Below, piece by piece: positions 1 to 7,873 of a stretch of DNA of 48,411 nt. Where the stretch lies: the IMG/VR virus record IMGVR_UViG_3300009481_000019, positions 1-48,411 of that record; one strand, 5' to 3'. Each line of letters begins with the position of its first letter. Positions within the stretch are counted from its first letter, which is position 1. The notes below the pieces were generated by a model. The model worked only from the letters and a program-made list of their open reading frames with translations, did not search any database and was not told where the DNA came from. Made by a program: the position numbers and the translations under genes. The stretch comes from a virus. Taxonomy: Duplodnaviria; Caudoviricetes.

Positions 1-240
1 AACATGAGCGAGGACGAGATGGGGCGCTGTCATACAACTACTCAGAAAATCTTCATCCGGGATGACCTGCCTCCGACATTGGCGAAGTCAGTCCTGCTGC
101 ATGAGATACTCCATGCCGTTCACTGGCTCTCCGATCTGGATGATGCCTCGACTGAGGAGGCGTTCACTTCCCGAGTGGCGACCAACCTCCGGTGTGTGAT
201 GCTGACCAACCCGGCGCTCCGGGATTGGATCTTTAGCTGA
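1..240 (+). CDS. HExxH zincin-like metallopeptidase (IrrE/ImmA-like phage protein), probably 5'-truncated
   Basis: VLLHEILHA motif followed by EEAF; the frame is open to the window edge. Confidence 0.6.
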   Translation, partial: NMSEDEMGRCHTTTQKIFIRDDLPPTLAKSVLLHEILHAVHWLSDLDDASTEEAFTSRVATNLRCVMLTNPALRDWIFS

Positions 241-329
241 CCTCTGCTCTGGCAGCCTTCGCAGCCCTGTCGGCTTTCTCAGCCATATCATTGAAGATGT
301 GAGGGGCATCGTCTGCCTTCTCCCGGAGA

Positions 330-752
330 TCATCCGCGAGTTCCTCCAGGTATTCTGTTCTCTGTATTTGTTCTGATGTTGACCGAGGTCGGGATGTTCT
401 CCTCCTCAGTGAGTATCGCGTGTGCCTCCCTGAGATTCTTGACTGCTCTCTCAGCGTTCTCTATTATCCCGCTGAAGCAACGCTGCTTCATCTTGCCATC
501 CTCTTTCCAGCGTAAGGCTCCAATGTTTTGAACCTCTTCCATTGCTCTTAGTGACCAACTGCAAGCAAGCGTTGGATATCGCTTTGTGCTTTTGAAGTAG
601 GCGACAAGCTCATCAGCTTTCATCGTGTTCCACTTGCCACTGCATAAAACGGATCGTTGTGCAGCAGCAGCATCAGAGTCTCCAATGCAGGAGGCTTTAG
701 AGGGCTTCCCGGTGATGCGTTGGTATTCGGTAAATGACATTGTCTCTTTCAT
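330..752 (-). CDS. hypothetical protein
   Basis: 140-aa ORF in the leftward operon, preceded by a conserved intergenic hairpin. Confidence 0.6.
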   Translation of the reverse strand: MKETMSFTEYQRITGKPSKASCIGDSDAAAAQRSVLCSGKWNTMKADELVAYFKSTKRYPTLACSWSLRAMEEVQNIGALRWKEDGKMKQRCFSGIIENAERAVKNLREAHAILTEEENIPTSVNIRTNTENRIPGGTRG

Positions 753-765
753 AATCGTGTATCGG

Positions 766-796
766 GGTTGTGCCAGGAGGGGTAGAACCTCCCGGC
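766..796 (-). repeat. intergenic hairpin repeat, copy A
   Basis: Minus strand GCCGGGAGG-TTCTACC-CCTCCTGGC-ACAACC; related to copies at 4761, 5012 and 5486. Confidence 0.7.
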
Positions 797-805
797 CAGT
801 TAGGG

Positions 806-1078
806 TTAGGAGAGGAGCTGCACCTCCTGGGTTTTCTCCATAACACGGTGAGCATCGAAGCTCCTATCCCCTTCTGCATATTTGCCAAGAAGGGTTCCAT
901 CCTCATTCGTGAATCGCATGAAAACGATTATCGAATGGTGTGAGCGCCCGTAAGGGCGGATTGCGCTAACTTGAAGCGCATTGCCGACAGTCAGCTCAGG
1001 CTCGTAGCCTAAAACCTCATCGGATATCTGGTCGCCGACCTTTAAAGTCCCGGCGAGGACTGCATTTGGATATGCCAT
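806..1078 (-). CDS. hypothetical protein, first gene of a putative leaderless transcript
   Basis: 90-aa ORF; ATG lies 6 nt after a TATAGT -10 box. Confidence 0.7.
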   Translation of the reverse strand: MAYPNAVLAGTLKVGDQISDEVLGYEPELTVGNALQVSAIRPYGRSHHSIIVFMRFTNEDGTLLGKYAEGDRSFDAHRVMEKTQEVQLLS

Positions 1079-1084
1079 ACAGAC

Positions 1085-1113
1085 ACTATAGCATTTGTTC
1101 CACCTTGTGTCAA
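1085..1113 (-). promoter_or_regulatory. sigma70-type promoter (leaderless)
   Basis: TTGACA-N17-TATAGT with an extended -10 TG; near-identical copy at 5995-6023. Confidence 0.85.
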
Positions 1114-1126
1114 GGGTGAATGTTAT

Positions 1127-1143
1127 CCCTTATAGAATAAGGG
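1127..1143. promoter_or_regulatory. palindromic operator-like site
   Basis: CCCTTAT-AGA-ATAAGGG; second copy with one mismatch at 6048-6064, upstream of the sister promoter. Confidence 0.55.
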
Positions 1144-1179
1144 CTGGGAAACTCCCGGGAATCCCCAGGAGCGATTCAA

Positions 1180-1536
1180 TCATCCCGTCACCTCCCAAAC
1201 GATTTGCTTTCTTGTGCCACGGCCAGGGCCACGGCGGTCAGTCCTATGAACGAGGCTCTTCCTCTCCAGGGGCTTCAACCGAGGAGTGATCGAGTTGCTG
1301 TCGAGTCCTGGGTGAACCCGCTGCACCTCCAGCTCAATCTGATAAGCCGTGGCAGACCCCCCTAATCTCAGCAGGGCATCAAGCACGATGCGCTCTACCC
1401 GCCCCGCCTCTTCCCCCTTCACGCTCTCTGCTGCCAGCCTTGAGGTTTCCGGGTCTGAGCTTCTCGCCAAGGCCTGTCCCTCTTCCGGCAGCACCCTCTT
1501 GGAGGTGTATGCGAAATCCATTGTTGTCTGCTTCAT
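1180..1536 (-). CDS. winged-helix DNA-binding phage protein
   Basis: ARSSDPETSRLAA motif and wHTH-like C-terminus; AAAGGAG RBS upstream of the ATG at 1536. Confidence 0.65.
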   Translation of the reverse strand: MKQTTMDFAYTSKRVLPEEGQALARSSDPETSRLAAESVKGEEAGRVERIVLDALLRLGGSATAYQIELEVQRVHPGLDSNSITPRLKPLERKSLVHRTDRRGPGRGTRKQIVWEVTG

Positions 1537-1537
1537 G

Positions 1538-2422
1538 TTATTCTCCTTTGAGGATTTTCTGGAGTCCGTAAGGGTAGGTGATCCCCGGCCCCGGCCATTC
1601 GCCTGAGTTACGGCATTCATGGATCTTAACGAGGAGAAGCGTATAAGACTTCATCCCCTCCTGCATTATCTCTGGTTCACAGGTATGGCAAAGAGCCTCG
1701 TAAGGAGGAGACTTCTTGCAAAATATCCAGGCGAACTTGCAACCCGGTTTCGCCAGCCCGGACGCAATTGCCAGGTCGGTATAGAACGCTGCCTGACGAT
1801 GCCATGACCACTGAGCTATTGATCCACCGGGGTTCCATTCACTGATCGTCTTCAGATCATAGATCGTATTAGTAGAGGGATCATAAGCATCGAGCCTTGC
1901 CTTGCAGTTCATGCCCATCATTTCATGGAAGATACTGATCTCAAATTCCATGTGAGGGGATTTAAGGACATCCAGAGCTTCATGCGATGCCATCGCCTGG
2001 ATTTGATGGTAAGAGTCAGCCGGGAGAAGCTCACCACCCATCGCCTCTATCTCCGCCTTATACGCCTTCCAAGCCCCCAGGCTCTTGGAGAACTTGTCAG
2101 AGGGCTTCCGCTTGGCAGCCTTCTGCTCGGCATTGGCTCTGTCGAGGATGCTTCGGTATAGCTTCTCACTTTCGATTGCATACTCGCCTTTGAAGACATC
2201 CGGGGTCAGGACGTATGAATGAAACGCCCTACCGAAGCGAAGCGGATCAGAATCGAATGGCTCGGCGTTACCGAGAACGTGATTGTGATAATACTTTGCC
2301 GGACTACCGGCATCCCGGCGGTTGGGGTCAATGTCACTCAGGCTTGAGCTGTTAATCCCTGGCCGAGCCTGATAGTCGGCAAAAGGCAGATCCCGTAGTA
2401 TGTGTGCGTTGTCTTTACTCAT
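1538..2422 (-). CDS. RecE/exonuclease VIII-like PD-(D/E)XK nuclease (DUF3799-like)
   Basis: INSSSL, FGRAFHSYVL, CKARLD, IYDLKT and HRQAAFY motifs. Confidence 0.85.
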   Translation of the reverse strand: MSKDNAHILRDLPFADYQARPGINSSSLSDIDPNRRDAGSPAKYYHNHVLGNAEPFDSDPLRFGRAFHSYVLTPDVFKGEYAIESEKLYRSILDRANAEQKAAKRKPSDKFSKSLGAWKAYKAEIEAMGGELLPADSYHQIQAMASHEALDVLKSPHMEFEISIFHEMMGMNCKARLDAYDPSTNTIYDLKTISEWNPGGSIAQWSWHRQAAFYTDLAIASGLAKPGCKFAWIFCKKSPPYEALCHTCEPEIMQEGMKSYTLLLVKIHECRNSGEWPGPGITYPYGLQKILKGE

Positions 2423-2718
2423 TTGTTTAGTTGTCTATTGGTTTGATCGAGTAGTATGGCTGTCTGGTTTTTGAAGAAGCCGAGAGCATCAAAGTTTCCC
2501 TCGTCAGCGAGGATAGCCATTTCATCAAGGATGTCGATGAGCTTGACCTTGAAGAGGTGGTCGGCAACAACCTGGTAGCTGCCTGAATCGGCCAGGGCAA
2601 ATGCGCTTGAATGCTGCTTCAGAGCATTCTCCATCATCCACCGGGCAAGGCGAAGCGCCTCGACTCGTTGCAAAGTTTTAAGTGTATTAATCATCCCACA
2701 TGAGAGCATTTGTATCAT
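2419..2718 (-). CDS. hypothetical protein
   Basis: 99-aa ORF with 4-nt ATGA overlaps to both neighbours. Confidence 0.6.
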   Translation of the reverse strand: MIQMLSCGMINTLKTLQRVEALRLARWMMENALKQHSSAFALADSGSYQVVADHLFKVKLIDILDEMAILADEGNFDALGFFKNQTAILLDQTNRQLNK

Positions 2719-2981
2719 TTTGTGTCAAGGTCTAACCTGGGGGAGCCAGAGGAATGTTCAAAGACCCAGACCATCCCGGTGGACGTAGCACCTCCAACCA
2801 TGCCTCCTGTCCAGCCCAGCCTGTTGAATAAAGCCCCGGCAGCCTTCTCATGGTTCTCCAGGGGGGTCATCCCATGATCGTAATCAAGGAGGACGCTGTC
2901 GCTCTTCCCTGAGTTAATTGCCTTGATCCTGTCGCCCTTGGTGTTGGTAGCGCCGAGATATTTTGTTTCGATGGTTTGCAT
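2715..2981 (-). CDS. conserved phage hypothetical protein
   Basis: MQTIETKYLGATNTKGDRIKA N-terminus resembles a recurring phage family; the start at 2981 follows the MTase stop. Confidence 0.65.
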   Translation of the reverse strand: MQTIETKYLGATNTKGDRIKAINSGKSDSVLLDYDHGMTPLENHEKAAGALFNRLGWTGGMVGGATSTGMVWVFEHSSGSPRLDLDTK

Positions 2982-2986
2982 AATTT

Positions 2987-4216
2987 TTAGTCTTGAGAGA
3001 TCAAGCGATTCCATAATACCAGGAACGCACGTTCTGAGGTGGCCGGAACAACTCCATTACCCAATAACCGTAGACGGTCTACTCTGTTGGCGACTGCATC
3101 CACGCTGCCGGTAACTGAGTCCACCCCACCGGCAGCCCCATCAACTGCTCCACCCAATTCGGATTGAGCTTCCCCATCTTCCTGTTCTCCGGTTGAGTCA
3201 TTGCCACTGACCCCTCCAGACGAGCCTTGTATCCCTTCTCTTGAATGCTCTTTTGTGAATACCCTACTGTTTGAGTCATCCCCGGAGACACTCTTGGAGT
3301 CCCCCACAACTCTGGGTTCTTCCCAGGCGAACTGGTCTTCTCCTGGACGGGATGGCCAAAGAGATCCACTTCCATCGAGGCAGTCTTCTCCGGGTTGATC
3401 TCCTGACTTGGCTGGCCAACCGACAGCACAAAAGCGTTCAGATTCAGAGATCGTTGCTTGCCCTTTGTCTTCCTTCGGAATTGCGATGGCCCTCCGTTGT
3501 TTTTTGAATCGTCCACGGTCATCGTTGGCCAGTTCTTTACCTGCTCTGTCAGGCAGCCCTCCACATACTGACGGCCTACGCTCTTCCGGTAAGCTATCCT
3601 CTTTTTGATTCCCTCCGGGCTTCTCTCTATGTCCATCGTTGTCGGGGTCAGCCACCCCAAGGATGAAGACTCGCTTTCGTTGGTGTGGCGCTCTCTTTCC
3701 ATCTCCATCGAGGCATTCTGACGCTGAGAAAATTCCTGCCGTTGCCCGGTAACCCACTGACTCCAGGCTTCCGAGGACATACTTGAGAACATTCTCCCCG
3801 GTTCCGGTGGAGGAGGAGAGGATTCCTTCAACATTTTCGAGAAACACAATTGCTGGTCTGCACTCTCTGATCCCGTTGAGGATGTAGGGGAAAAGATGCC
3901 TGGGGTCTTCGGTAGATTTACGCTGGCCAGCTTGCGAGAAGGGCTGGCATGGGAATCCGCCAGAAAGGATGTCCACGCATCCACGAAACTCTCGGAATGG
4001 GAAGGTTTTAAGGTTCGTCCAAATAGGTGCTGGATCCAAGAGTTCCTCCTCCATCGCGCTAACCATCCGGGAGCAAGGGTAGGCTTCGATCTCCACATAA
4101 GCGACTGTTCGCAAATTAGGGAGAAGTCTTTTAAGTCCGAGTCCGATGCCTTCGTATCCGCTGCATAGGGATAAGTATCGGAGAGATTGTTTGGCAGGTT
4201 CTTTGGTAGCATCCAC
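2987..4216 (-). CDS. DNA (cytosine-5)-methyltransferase, catalytic (alpha) chain
   Basis: Motifs I LSLCSGYEG, IV GGFPCQPFS, VI ENV, VIII HQRKRVF and X LGNGVVP; motif IX is not in this frame. Confidence 0.9.
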   Translation of the reverse strand: MDATKEPAKQSLRYLSLCSGYEGIGLGLKRLLPNLRTVAYVEIEAYPCSRMVSAMEEELLDPAPIWTNLKTFPFREFRGCVDILSGGFPCQPFSQAGQRKSTEDPRHLFPYILNGIRECRPAIVFLENVEGILSSSTGTGENVLKYVLGSLESVGYRATAGIFSASECLDGDGKRAPHQRKRVFILGVADPDNDGHREKPGGNQKEDSLPEERRPSVCGGLPDRAGKELANDDRGRFKKQRRAIAIPKEDKGQATISESERFCAVGWPAKSGDQPGEDCLDGSGSLWPSRPGEDQFAWEEPRVVGDSKSVSGDDSNSRVFTKEHSREGIQGSSGGVSGNDSTGEQEDGEAQSELGGAVDGAAGGVDSVTGSVDAVANRVDRLRLLGNGVVPATSERAFLVLWNRLISQD

Positions 4217-4218
4217 AC
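3079..4218 (-). CDS. overlapping-frame C5-MTase beta chain (TRD/motif IX)
   Basis: 379-aa alternative frame open across the alpha gene; W-x-T-P-type repeats and C-terminal LNPNWVEQLMGLPVGWT (motif IX-like). Confidence 0.7.
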   Translation of the reverse strand: MWMLPKNLPNNLSDTYPYAADTKASDSDLKDFSLICEQSLMWRSKPTLAPGWLARWRRNSWIQHLFGRTLKPSHSESFVDAWTSFLADSHASPSRKLASVNLPKTPGIFSPTSSTGSESADQQLCFSKMLKESSPPPPEPGRMFSSMSSEAWSQWVTGQRQEFSQRQNASMEMERERHTNESESSSLGWLTPTTMDIERSPEGIKKRIAYRKSVGRQYVEGCLTEQVKNWPTMTVDDSKNNGGPSQFRRKTKGKQRSLNLNAFVLSVGQPSQEINPEKTASMEVDLFGHPVQEKTSSPGKNPELWGTPRVSPGMTQTVGYSQKSIQEKGYKARLEGSVAMTQPENRKMGKLNPNWVEQLMGLPVGWTQLPAAWMQSPTE

Positions 4219-4220
4219 GA

Positions 4221-4748
4221 TTAATTTTCTAAAAGTTGGTTTTCCTTCCAGATCTTGTAGTAGTCCGGCTCAAGCTCATCCTCATCCTCATTGAAGCTCG
4301 GATGGTTAATCCTCTCGTCATCATCATCGAGTTTAACGGTGATCTCGGCAAGAGGGACATCCCATTCGTGACAATCAACGTCAGCCAGGGTGTAGCTGTC
4401 CTCGTTCACCTGAAGAACGAGCATCGGGGTTTCATCCCAGAGAACAAAATCGTCAACTGCGATCTTGGGCAACGGCTTGATCTTGTCAGCCCATGCCTTC
4501 ACTTCAAAGCCCCGGTCATTTACCATCCGAAGCTCACCGGTATCCTTGTCGGCAATGATGCCGAAGTTAATCACGCCCAGGAGCTGGTGCATGAACCTGG
4601 TCGCGTAGAACCACTTGAGTTCGCCAGCCTTGGCATCGAGCTGCATTCCCCTGTTTTCAGCCCATTCGACAGAGAAGGTAGTGCCAGCCGTTTGAGGGCC
4701 GAAGTGTTCGGCAAGGACAAAGGTGGCAGGAAGGTCATTCTTTTTCAT
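4221..4748 (-). CDS. hypothetical protein (acidic C-terminus)
   Basis: 175-aa ORF in the operon, preceded by a hairpin repeat. Confidence 0.7.
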   Translation of the reverse strand: MKKNDLPATFVLAEHFGPQTAGTTFSVEWAENRGMQLDAKAGELKWFYATRFMHQLLGVINFGIIADKDTGELRMVNDRGFEVKAWADKIKPLPKIAVDDFVLWDETPMLVLQVNEDSYTLADVDCHEWDVPLAEITVKLDDDDERINHPSFNEDEDELEPDYYKIWKENQLLEN

Positions 4749-4760
4749 TGTATTGTATTT

Positions 4761-4792
4761 GGTTGTGCCAGGAAGAACCCGGCGGGTGATTA
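4761..4792 (-). repeat. intergenic hairpin repeat, copy B
   Basis: Plus strand GGTTGTGCCAGGAAGAACCCGGCGGGTGATTA. Confidence 0.8.
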
Positions 4793-4999
4793 CTTCTTGT
4801 CGAAGCTGCTGCGAAGGACGGCCTCACCGAATCCCTGCTTATCTATAATCGCCTCGGCTTCTTCCTTGGTGAAGGACTTGGCCTTGCTAAGTTCTGACCG
4901 ATCCCATTCGCCCCAGGGGAGGTTACTCTCCCGTGAGCAAGCAAAGCGATCATTCCAGGTGCGACCTCCGCACTCTATGACGTATTCTTCTGTTATCAT
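4790..4999 (-). CDS. hypothetical protein
   Basis: 69-aa ORF bounded by repeat copies B and C. Confidence 0.65.
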   Translation of the reverse strand: MITEEYVIECGGRTWNDRFACSRESNLPWGEWDRSELSKAKSFTKEEAEAIIDKQGFGEAVLRSSFDKK

Positions 5000-5011
5000 T
5001 GTATTTATTGT

Positions 5012-5043
5012 GTTGTGCCAGGCAGAACCCGGCGGGGTGATTA
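5012..5043 (-). repeat. intergenic hairpin repeat, copy C
   Basis: Plus strand GTTGTGCCAGGCAGAACCCGGCGGGGTGATTA, near-identical to copy B. Confidence 0.8.
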
Positions 5044-5469
5044 TTTAGCTAACTTTCTCTCCCTCCGTAACTCTTCCTGCCTCTCCCTCCATTCTTTCAT
5101 GGGGATGTTATCGGCCATCGAAAGATCCGCGAGAATTCCCTTCGCCTCCCTCAATCCCTTTACCTCTTTCTGCCAAGCGTCCCTGTAGTTAATCATGCCC
5201 GAAAGTTTCTTTGAGTCGAACAAGTTTAGGTGGCTCTTGCCAGATGTAAGGTCTATGATCCAAACCCACTTTTTAGGGCTATACCTGTCAATCGTCCCAT
5301 CGGGTCGAGTTGCTTGACGGCGTTGCTTTCGCATCTTTCCTACGATGCTTCCCTCCGCATCGACTATTCGCCTCAAGGGATGTGACTCCGTTCCGTAGGT
5401 TCCAGCCCTCTGCTTGTAGCTTTTCTCCGCCCTTGGGGATTCGTGTTCTATTTTTATTATCTTGAACAT
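5041..5469 (-). CDS. hypothetical basic protein
   Basis: 142-aa ORF between repeat copies C and D. Confidence 0.65.
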   Translation of the reverse strand: MFKIIKIEHESPRAEKSYKQRAGTYGTESHPLRRIVDAEGSIVGKMRKQRRQATRPDGTIDRYSPKKWVWIIDLTSGKSHLNLFDSKKLSGMINYRDAWQKEVKGLREAKGILADLSMADNIPMKEWRERQEELRRERKLAK

Positions 5470-5485
5470 CTGATTGTTTTCTTTA

Positions 5486-5515
5486 GCTCCTGGGGATTGA
5501 ACCCAGCGGGTGATT
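5486..5515 (-). repeat. intergenic hairpin repeat, divergent copy D
   Basis: Shares GAACCC.GCGGGTGATT; minus strand reads CTGGGTTCAATCCCCAG. Confidence 0.55.
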
Positions 5516-5517
5516 GT

Positions 5518-5988
5518 TTAGCGGTTGAAACTCATAATCACATCACTCTGAGTTTTGGTTTCCTTGCCGAGATAGTTATCAACTATTTCCTTGGAAAGCG
5601 GTAAAACGTAATTGGCATACGGCCAGTTTGGTTTTTGGTTTGTGATGCGAGTAACAGTTTCGTAATCACTGTATAGCGCCACGAACTGGAGTGATTCCAC
5701 AATGGTTTCGCGTGGAATGTTTTTGTGTCGCTTCATCTCAGCATCGGAAAAATTAGTTAAGCTGATATCTTCCTCCGTCCTGGTTGGATCGTTCATCTCA
5801 ATCCAACTGGTGATGATGTCATGGACTGCCGCAACGATGTTGGAGTTGTAAAAGAATCCCCACGGTAAGTCCGGGAGGTTAGGATTAATCATTGTTGCAA
5901 CCTTTCTACCCAAGGCCTCAGTGACGTAATCTGTCATGCCTACGGGTATGGAGCTTCTAAGGTGGATGTCGTATTCTTTTTCTGTCAT
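5518..5988 (-). CDS. hypothetical protein, first gene of a putative leaderless transcript
   Basis: 156-aa, AT-richer ORF; ATG lies 6 nt after the -10 box. Confidence 0.7.
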   Translation of the reverse strand: MTEKEYDIHLRSSIPVGMTDYVTEALGRKVATMINPNLPDLPWGFFYNSNIVAAVHDIITSWIEMNDPTRTEEDISLTNFSDAEMKRHKNIPRETIVESLQFVALYSDYETVTRITNQKPNWPYANYVLPLSKEIVDNYLGKETKTQSDVIMSFNR

Positions 5989-5994
5989 GCAGAC

Positions 5995-6023
5995 ACTAAA
6001 GCATTTGTTTCACTTTGTGTCAA
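5995..6023 (-). promoter_or_regulatory. sigma70-type promoter (leaderless), duplicate of 1085-1113
   Basis: TTGACA-N17-TTTAGT-gtctgc-ATG. Confidence 0.75.
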
Positions 6024-6064
6024 CGGCAAATGTTTATTATTCTGTATCCCTTGTAGAATAAGGG

Positions 6065-7798
6065 TTAGTAGGAAGTCTCTACCTTCTTCTTGGGAGCCTC
6101 AAATAGGTCGGCATCCCCCTCTAATTCACACGCCAGGGCAGAGGCAATCACATCATCATCATGGCTGCCGGTGGCAGCTTCCGGCTTGCCCAATTGATTG
6201 CGAACAAACGTCTGAAGCTGGGAAGATAATTGAGGACATGGAATCGTGATCTTGTTTTCCTCCCGGATTGCATCGGCCAAAGCGGAGATGATTATTTCGC
6301 GGGACTTCTGGTCAGTCGAGAAACCAATCTTTCGGAGGATCTTGCCGGTAATATCATCCCGGATTCTTCTTCGCCACAAACGCACGTTGGCTTGCTTCAA
6401 CGGCTCGACCCAGGCGAGGCCACTGTTGTTGATTTCCAAAACGCAAACACACCCGCCAGCCCATTGACTGAGTGCTGCTGCCTTGAGTGATCCTGGGGTC
6501 GGGTCATCCTGGTTGGAAGGCAAGGCTCGGGCGATTAACCGAAGAGGATGATACACGCCATCCTTGTCCCGGTATCCAGCTCTCCACAACATGATGGAGT
6601 TTCTGTCTTGAGCAGTGTTGCCGGTGGAAACTTCCTTGCCCGTCATCGAGTCAACTGTCACTAGATAAGAGCAGCCGTGTTTCGGCTCTTCGTCCCACAC
6701 ATGGAACTCCGCTTCCCCCGAATTTGTCTCGACAAACTTTCCAGCCCGAATGACTCCCTGTCTCCGGCGCTCGGCAAAGGCCTTCACCTGGGTGGAGATT
6801 CTGATCAAGCCCTCCATGTCGAAGCGAGGCGATCCGCTCACCAGGAAGCATCGCTCTTCACTCTCCAGATACTCTTGCTGAAAAATGTTTTCACTTCCGG
6901 CCAGCTTCCCGTCAATCGTAGCTCTCCTCCACTTAATTCTCTCAGCCGTGATCTTATCTCCCTGCTCGGCCATTATCCGGCGCTCCTCCGGGGTGAGGCT
7001 ATTCACTATCTGCTCAAACTCATCCTGGCTTTGCAGCGGGATTTGATACTCCGGGACATCATACCACCCCGTCACAATCTTGATCATTCCATTGCCCCGC
7101 TCTCCTTTTTTCCACTGGTCGAGGGTGACAGCCCCCGCTCTAGACCCGGCAGTCTCGGCATCGGGATCGCCGGTAATCAACTTGGAGAAGTAGCCAATGC
7201 CATCCGGGGTAGACTCATCGACCCCCAGGGTAAACGGCTCATCTGCCAGGCCAGCTTTCAACTGGGGCATGATCACGGCAGCATCCTTGGCTGCACCGGA
7301 TCTTCCAAACTTGGCTGTCTCGCTGGATCCTACAAGAGTCCATGTTCCACCCACACCGGGAGCTTTAGACTCAGCGGAGGAGCTATACCTGGTCGATCTG
7401 TTTGAGCATTCAGCCCGGCGGTCATGCACTTGGAAGTCATTGCCCCAGGGGAAGGGATCGAACTCGGCGTAGGTAGAGAGCATCGAGCGATGGTAGGCAT
7501 TAGTCGAGATTGTATCGGTTACCCAGATTGCTCGGGTCAGGCGGGTTCTCATCCACCAGTAGATTATCCAGTTCAATACCGTGGAGCTGCCAGCTTGCCG
7601 GGGCTTGAGGACGAGTAGCCTTAACGGCTTGTTTTCCTGGAGGAAATACTCAACGGCCTCAAATATCTGCTCCTGTAGATATGTGGGGGTGGGGGAGACA
7701 ATTTCCCCGGACTTGTTGATGATCTTGGCAAGCGTCACAAACGCCAAACGAGGTGACTGAAACCACTGGAACCTATCGCTCTCTGAAATTTTTCCCAT
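6065..7798 (-). CDS. terL: terminase large subunit
   Basis: Q motif (YLQEQ), Walker A-like LKPRQAGSST, SSETAKF, DESTPDG, FQQEY, and RNase H acidic residues (VDS, EINNSG, HDDDVIA). Confidence 0.9.
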   Translation of the reverse strand: MGKISESDRFQWFQSPRLAFVTLAKIINKSGEIVSPTPTYLQEQIFEAVEYFLQENKPLRLLVLKPRQAGSSTVLNWIIYWWMRTRLTRAIWVTDTISTNAYHRSMLSTYAEFDPFPWGNDFQVHDRRAECSNRSTRYSSSAESKAPGVGGTWTLVGSSETAKFGRSGAAKDAAVIMPQLKAGLADEPFTLGVDESTPDGIGYFSKLITGDPDAETAGSRAGAVTLDQWKKGERGNGMIKIVTGWYDVPEYQIPLQSQDEFEQIVNSLTPEERRIMAEQGDKITAERIKWRRATIDGKLAGSENIFQQEYLESEERCFLVSGSPRFDMEGLIRISTQVKAFAERRRQGVIRAGKFVETNSGEAEFHVWDEEPKHGCSYLVTVDSMTGKEVSTGNTAQDRNSIMLWRAGYRDKDGVYHPLRLIARALPSNQDDPTPGSLKAAALSQWAGGCVCVLEINNSGLAWVEPLKQANVRLWRRRIRDDITGKILRKIGFSTDQKSREIIISALADAIREENKITIPCPQLSSQLQTFVRNQLGKPEAATGSHDDDVIASALACELEGDADLFEAPKKKVETSY

Positions 7799-7873
7799 GT
7801 TGCCTACAATAAACCTTGTATTTACAACGTAAACTCTTGTTGCAATTTATTTGAACCTATTGAAATTACCGTT
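7799..7873. promoter_or_regulatory. divergent promoter pair (terL / scaffold)
   Basis: Minus strand TTTACG-N16-TATTGT-N7-ATG; plus strand TTGCAA-N16-GAAATT-N6-ATG. Confidence 0.55.

Noticed and set aside
1160-1172. AATCCCCAGGA(GC) also found near 5490 (reverse strand), 19629 and 20507
   Set aside because: Short, in mixed orientations and contexts; no consistent role can be supported.
4236-5048. 270-aa plus-strand ORF
   Set aside because: Antisense shadow of minus-strand genes; it crosses their intergenic repeats and has no motifs.
5486-5515. tRNA gene suggested by GGTTCAATCC
   Set aside because: The intergenic space is under 50 nt with no acceptor, D or anticodon arms; only a T-arm-like hairpin.
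6677-7405. 242-aa plus-strand ORF
   Set aside because: Antisense to terL; typical shadow ORF.
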